From positions 1 through 39,633 of the forward strand of contig JACZTA010000003.1 in assembly GCA_022573915.1 (NCBI GenBank): a stretch of DNA of 39,633 nucleotides, read 5' to 3'. Position 1 is the first letter of the stretch. Each line of letters starts with the position of its first letter. The translations under genes and the position numbers were made by a program. Under the pieces are notes generated by a model. The model was not told the origin of the DNA and searched no databases. It worked only from the letters and a program-made list of their open reading frames with translations. Of this stretch, positions 37,736-39,633 are shown piece after piece. This DNA is from Bacteroidota bacterium (lineage in GTDB: Bacteria > Bacteroidota > Bacteroidia > Chitinophagales > JACZTA01).

Positions 37736-38320
37736 TCAGTGCATAGCGGCCCGTATCTCAAGTTTATCAACGATCTTGGCTTCTTCATTTGTAAAATATT
37801 GTAACCGCTCGTATATCGCGTCATCATCAAAGTAATTGGTAGCCATCTCAACAAATATATTGCCATGTTTGGCTTCAGCTGCCCATAGCATATGATAAAA
37901 TTTCTTTAACTCCTCATCTTCAATATTTTCATATACGAGTTTAAACCGCTCCGCACCCCGGCATTCTATGACAGAGGCTAAAAGTAGCCGGTCTAAGAAT
38001 CTCTCATCCCTTCCATTTCGGCATAATTCAAGCAACTGCCTGACATAAGAATCCTCACTCATCGAATCATTTAATTTGATATTTCGATCTTCCATGATCT
38101 GGTATACTTTCTGAAAATGTTCCAGTTCTTCAACAGCTGTTTCGATCAATAACGGAATGATCTCAACGCGGTTAGGGTATTTGGCTACAAAACTCATTGC
38201 CATTGCGGAAGCTTTTCTCTCACAATTGGCGTGATCGATCAGGAATGTATCGAAGTTTGCAAGGATATTTTCAACCCAAGCAGGTTTGGTATCGACCGCC
38301 AGGTCTATCGACAACTTCAT
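37736..38320 (-). CDS. miaE: tRNA-(ms2io6A) hydroxylase, ferritin-like diiron
   Basis: DHANCERKAS, EELEHF, DRLL.ASVIECRGAERF, EAKH. Confidence 0.9.
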   Translation of the reverse strand: MKLSIDLAVDTKPAWVENILANFDTFLIDHANCERKASAMAMSFVAKYPNRVEIIPLLIETAVEELEHFQKVYQIMEDRNIKLNDSMSEDSYVRQLLELCRNGRDERFLDRLLLASVIECRGAERFKLVYENIEDEELKKFYHMLWAAEAKHGNIFVEMATNYFDDDAIYERLQYFTNEEAKIVDKLEIRAAMH

Positions 38321-38385
38321 CTAGGATAATTTCATTACTAAAAATAGATGTGTGAAGATAAGAAATAGGTGAATATAGAACCTGG

Positions 38386-39633
38386 CTAATTGGCAAGTTC
38401 TGACATGAACTTGATGCGCATAATTTGAATCTCCGGGAGATCATATCCATAATCAATTAACTGGTCGGCCGCTTCGCCCAGAGAATCTGTGGTGGCAGTT
38501 TTGAAATAGTCGTAGATCACATCTTGTGGTTCTTCGTCCAATACATCTTCAATGTGATAGCCAATGTCGACTTTCGTACCTGAATTGACGATGCTTTCTA
38601 TTTCTTTTAGCAGGTCACTCATGGATAACTCACGAGATCTTGCAATTTCATCCAACGGTATTCTTTTATCTATACTCTGAATAATGAATACTTTTAAACC
38701 TGATTTCTTAACCACGGATTTAACAAGAAAATCATCCGGGGTGTCAATTTCATTTTCATCTACATATTTAGCGATCAACTCTACGATCTTTTCACCATAT
38801 CTGGTAGCTTTGCCTGAGCTCACCCCGGTTATCCGGGAAAGATCTTCTAAAGTTGTCGGGTATTGGGTTGCCATGTCTTCCAGAGAAGGATCCTGGAAAA
38901 TGACAAAAGGTGGTAGATTGAGATCCTGAGCAATTTCTTTACGAGTTTCTTTGAGCATTTTGAAAAGAGTAGGATCCAGTGCACTTGTTTGTGCTCCATT
39001 CTCTTCTGTTTCAACAGCAGTTTCAAATTCATGATTCTTAGAAAACATGAGAGATTTGGGTGATATTAAATAAGCCTCTCCCTTCTTGGATACCTTTAAC
39101 AAGCCATAATTTTCAATCTCTTTCGTTAAAAGATTCTCCAGTAACGCCCTTCTAATAACTGCATTCCAAAAATTATCATCCTCATCCTTTCCAAGGCCGA
39201 ACGTCTTCAACTTATCATGCTTATAAGATTCTATCTGTTGTGTTTCGTTACCCCTTAAGAAATTTACAATATGCTGTATCTCAAACTTTTCATGAAGCTC
39301 TTTGATGATCTTAAGTGTTCTGACAATATGTTTCTTTCCTTCATACTGCTCTTTTGGATTTAAGCAGTTATCACAATGTCCGCAGTTATCTTTTCCATAA
39401 TCCTCGCCAAAATAATGTAACAGAGATCTTCTTCTGCACATAGAAGTTTCTGCAAACGCAGAGATTTCCAGCAGAAGTTGTGTTCCAATTTCTCTTTCCG
39501 AAACAGGTTTATCCCTCAGGAATTTTTCCAGCTTTAGAATATCCTTATAATCGTAATAGGCGATACACCTTCCTTCTAAACCATCTAGGCCTGCTCTTCC
39601 GGTTTCCTGGTAATAAGCTTCCAGCCTCCGCGG
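38386..39633 (-). CDS. recQ: ATP-dependent DNA helicase RecQ, 3' part (5' end beyond the window)
   Basis: The frame is open to the window edge: YYQETGRAG, Zn-binding CRR..LLHYFGE...CGHCDNC, RQC, HRDC (LPPFVIFQD.SL.DMA), C-terminal RIKFMSELAN. Confidence 0.95.
   Translation of the reverse strand, partial: PRRLEAYYQETGRAGLDGLEGRCIAYYDYKDILKLEKFLRDKPVSEREIGTQLLLEISAFAETSMCRRRSLLHYFGEDYGKDNCGHCDNCLNPKEQYEGKKHIVRTLKIIKELHEKFEIQHIVNFLRGNETQQIESYKHDKLKTFGLGKDEDDNFWNAVIRRALLENLLTKEIENYGLLKVSKKGEAYLISPKSLMFSKNHEFETAVETEENGAQTSALDPTLFKMLKETRKEIAQDLNLPPFVIFQDPSLEDMATQYPTTLEDLSRITGVSSGKATRYGEKIVELIAKYVDENEIDTPDDFLVKSVVKKSGLKVFIIQSIDKRIPLDEIARSRELSMSDLLKEIESIVNSGTKVDIGYHIEDVLDEEPQDVIYDYFKTATTDSLGEAADQLIDYGYDLPEIQIMRIKFMSELAN

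Overview
AT-rich chromosomal segment from a Bacteroidota-type bacterium. The assignment rests on gldC, five proteins with T9SS C-terminal sorting domains, TAnnTTTG -7 promoter boxes and a Bacteroidota-type PurM. About 29 protein genes and one tRNA-Pro(CGG) are supported. Housekeeping and metabolic genes: purM, prfA, icmF, HU, dipeptidyl peptidase III, pirin, gldC, yqgE/algH, miaE and the 3' part of recQ. Accessory content: (i) four tandem T9SS cargo genes (two NIDO-like/PKD paralogues, an FN3-flanked gingipain-like protein with apparently altered catalytic residues, and a NIDO-like/Omp28 CxxC protein); (ii) an ArsR plus persulfide dioxygenase-rhodanese pair; (iii) a PLP decarboxylase-AhpD-agmatinase operon near a guanidino-modifying enzyme; (iv) two coupled uncharacterised lipoproteins with a TonB-dependent receptor; (v) an SBBP beta-propeller. 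The most unusual non-coding feature is a structured ~105-bp tandem array just after tRNA-Pro, with a compensatory hairpin change, nested palindromic insertions at one site, and motifs complementary to the tRNA 3' end. No transposase, integrase, CRISPR-Cas, prophage or recognisable defence system was seen. All family calls come from motifs recognised by eye, not from database searches.
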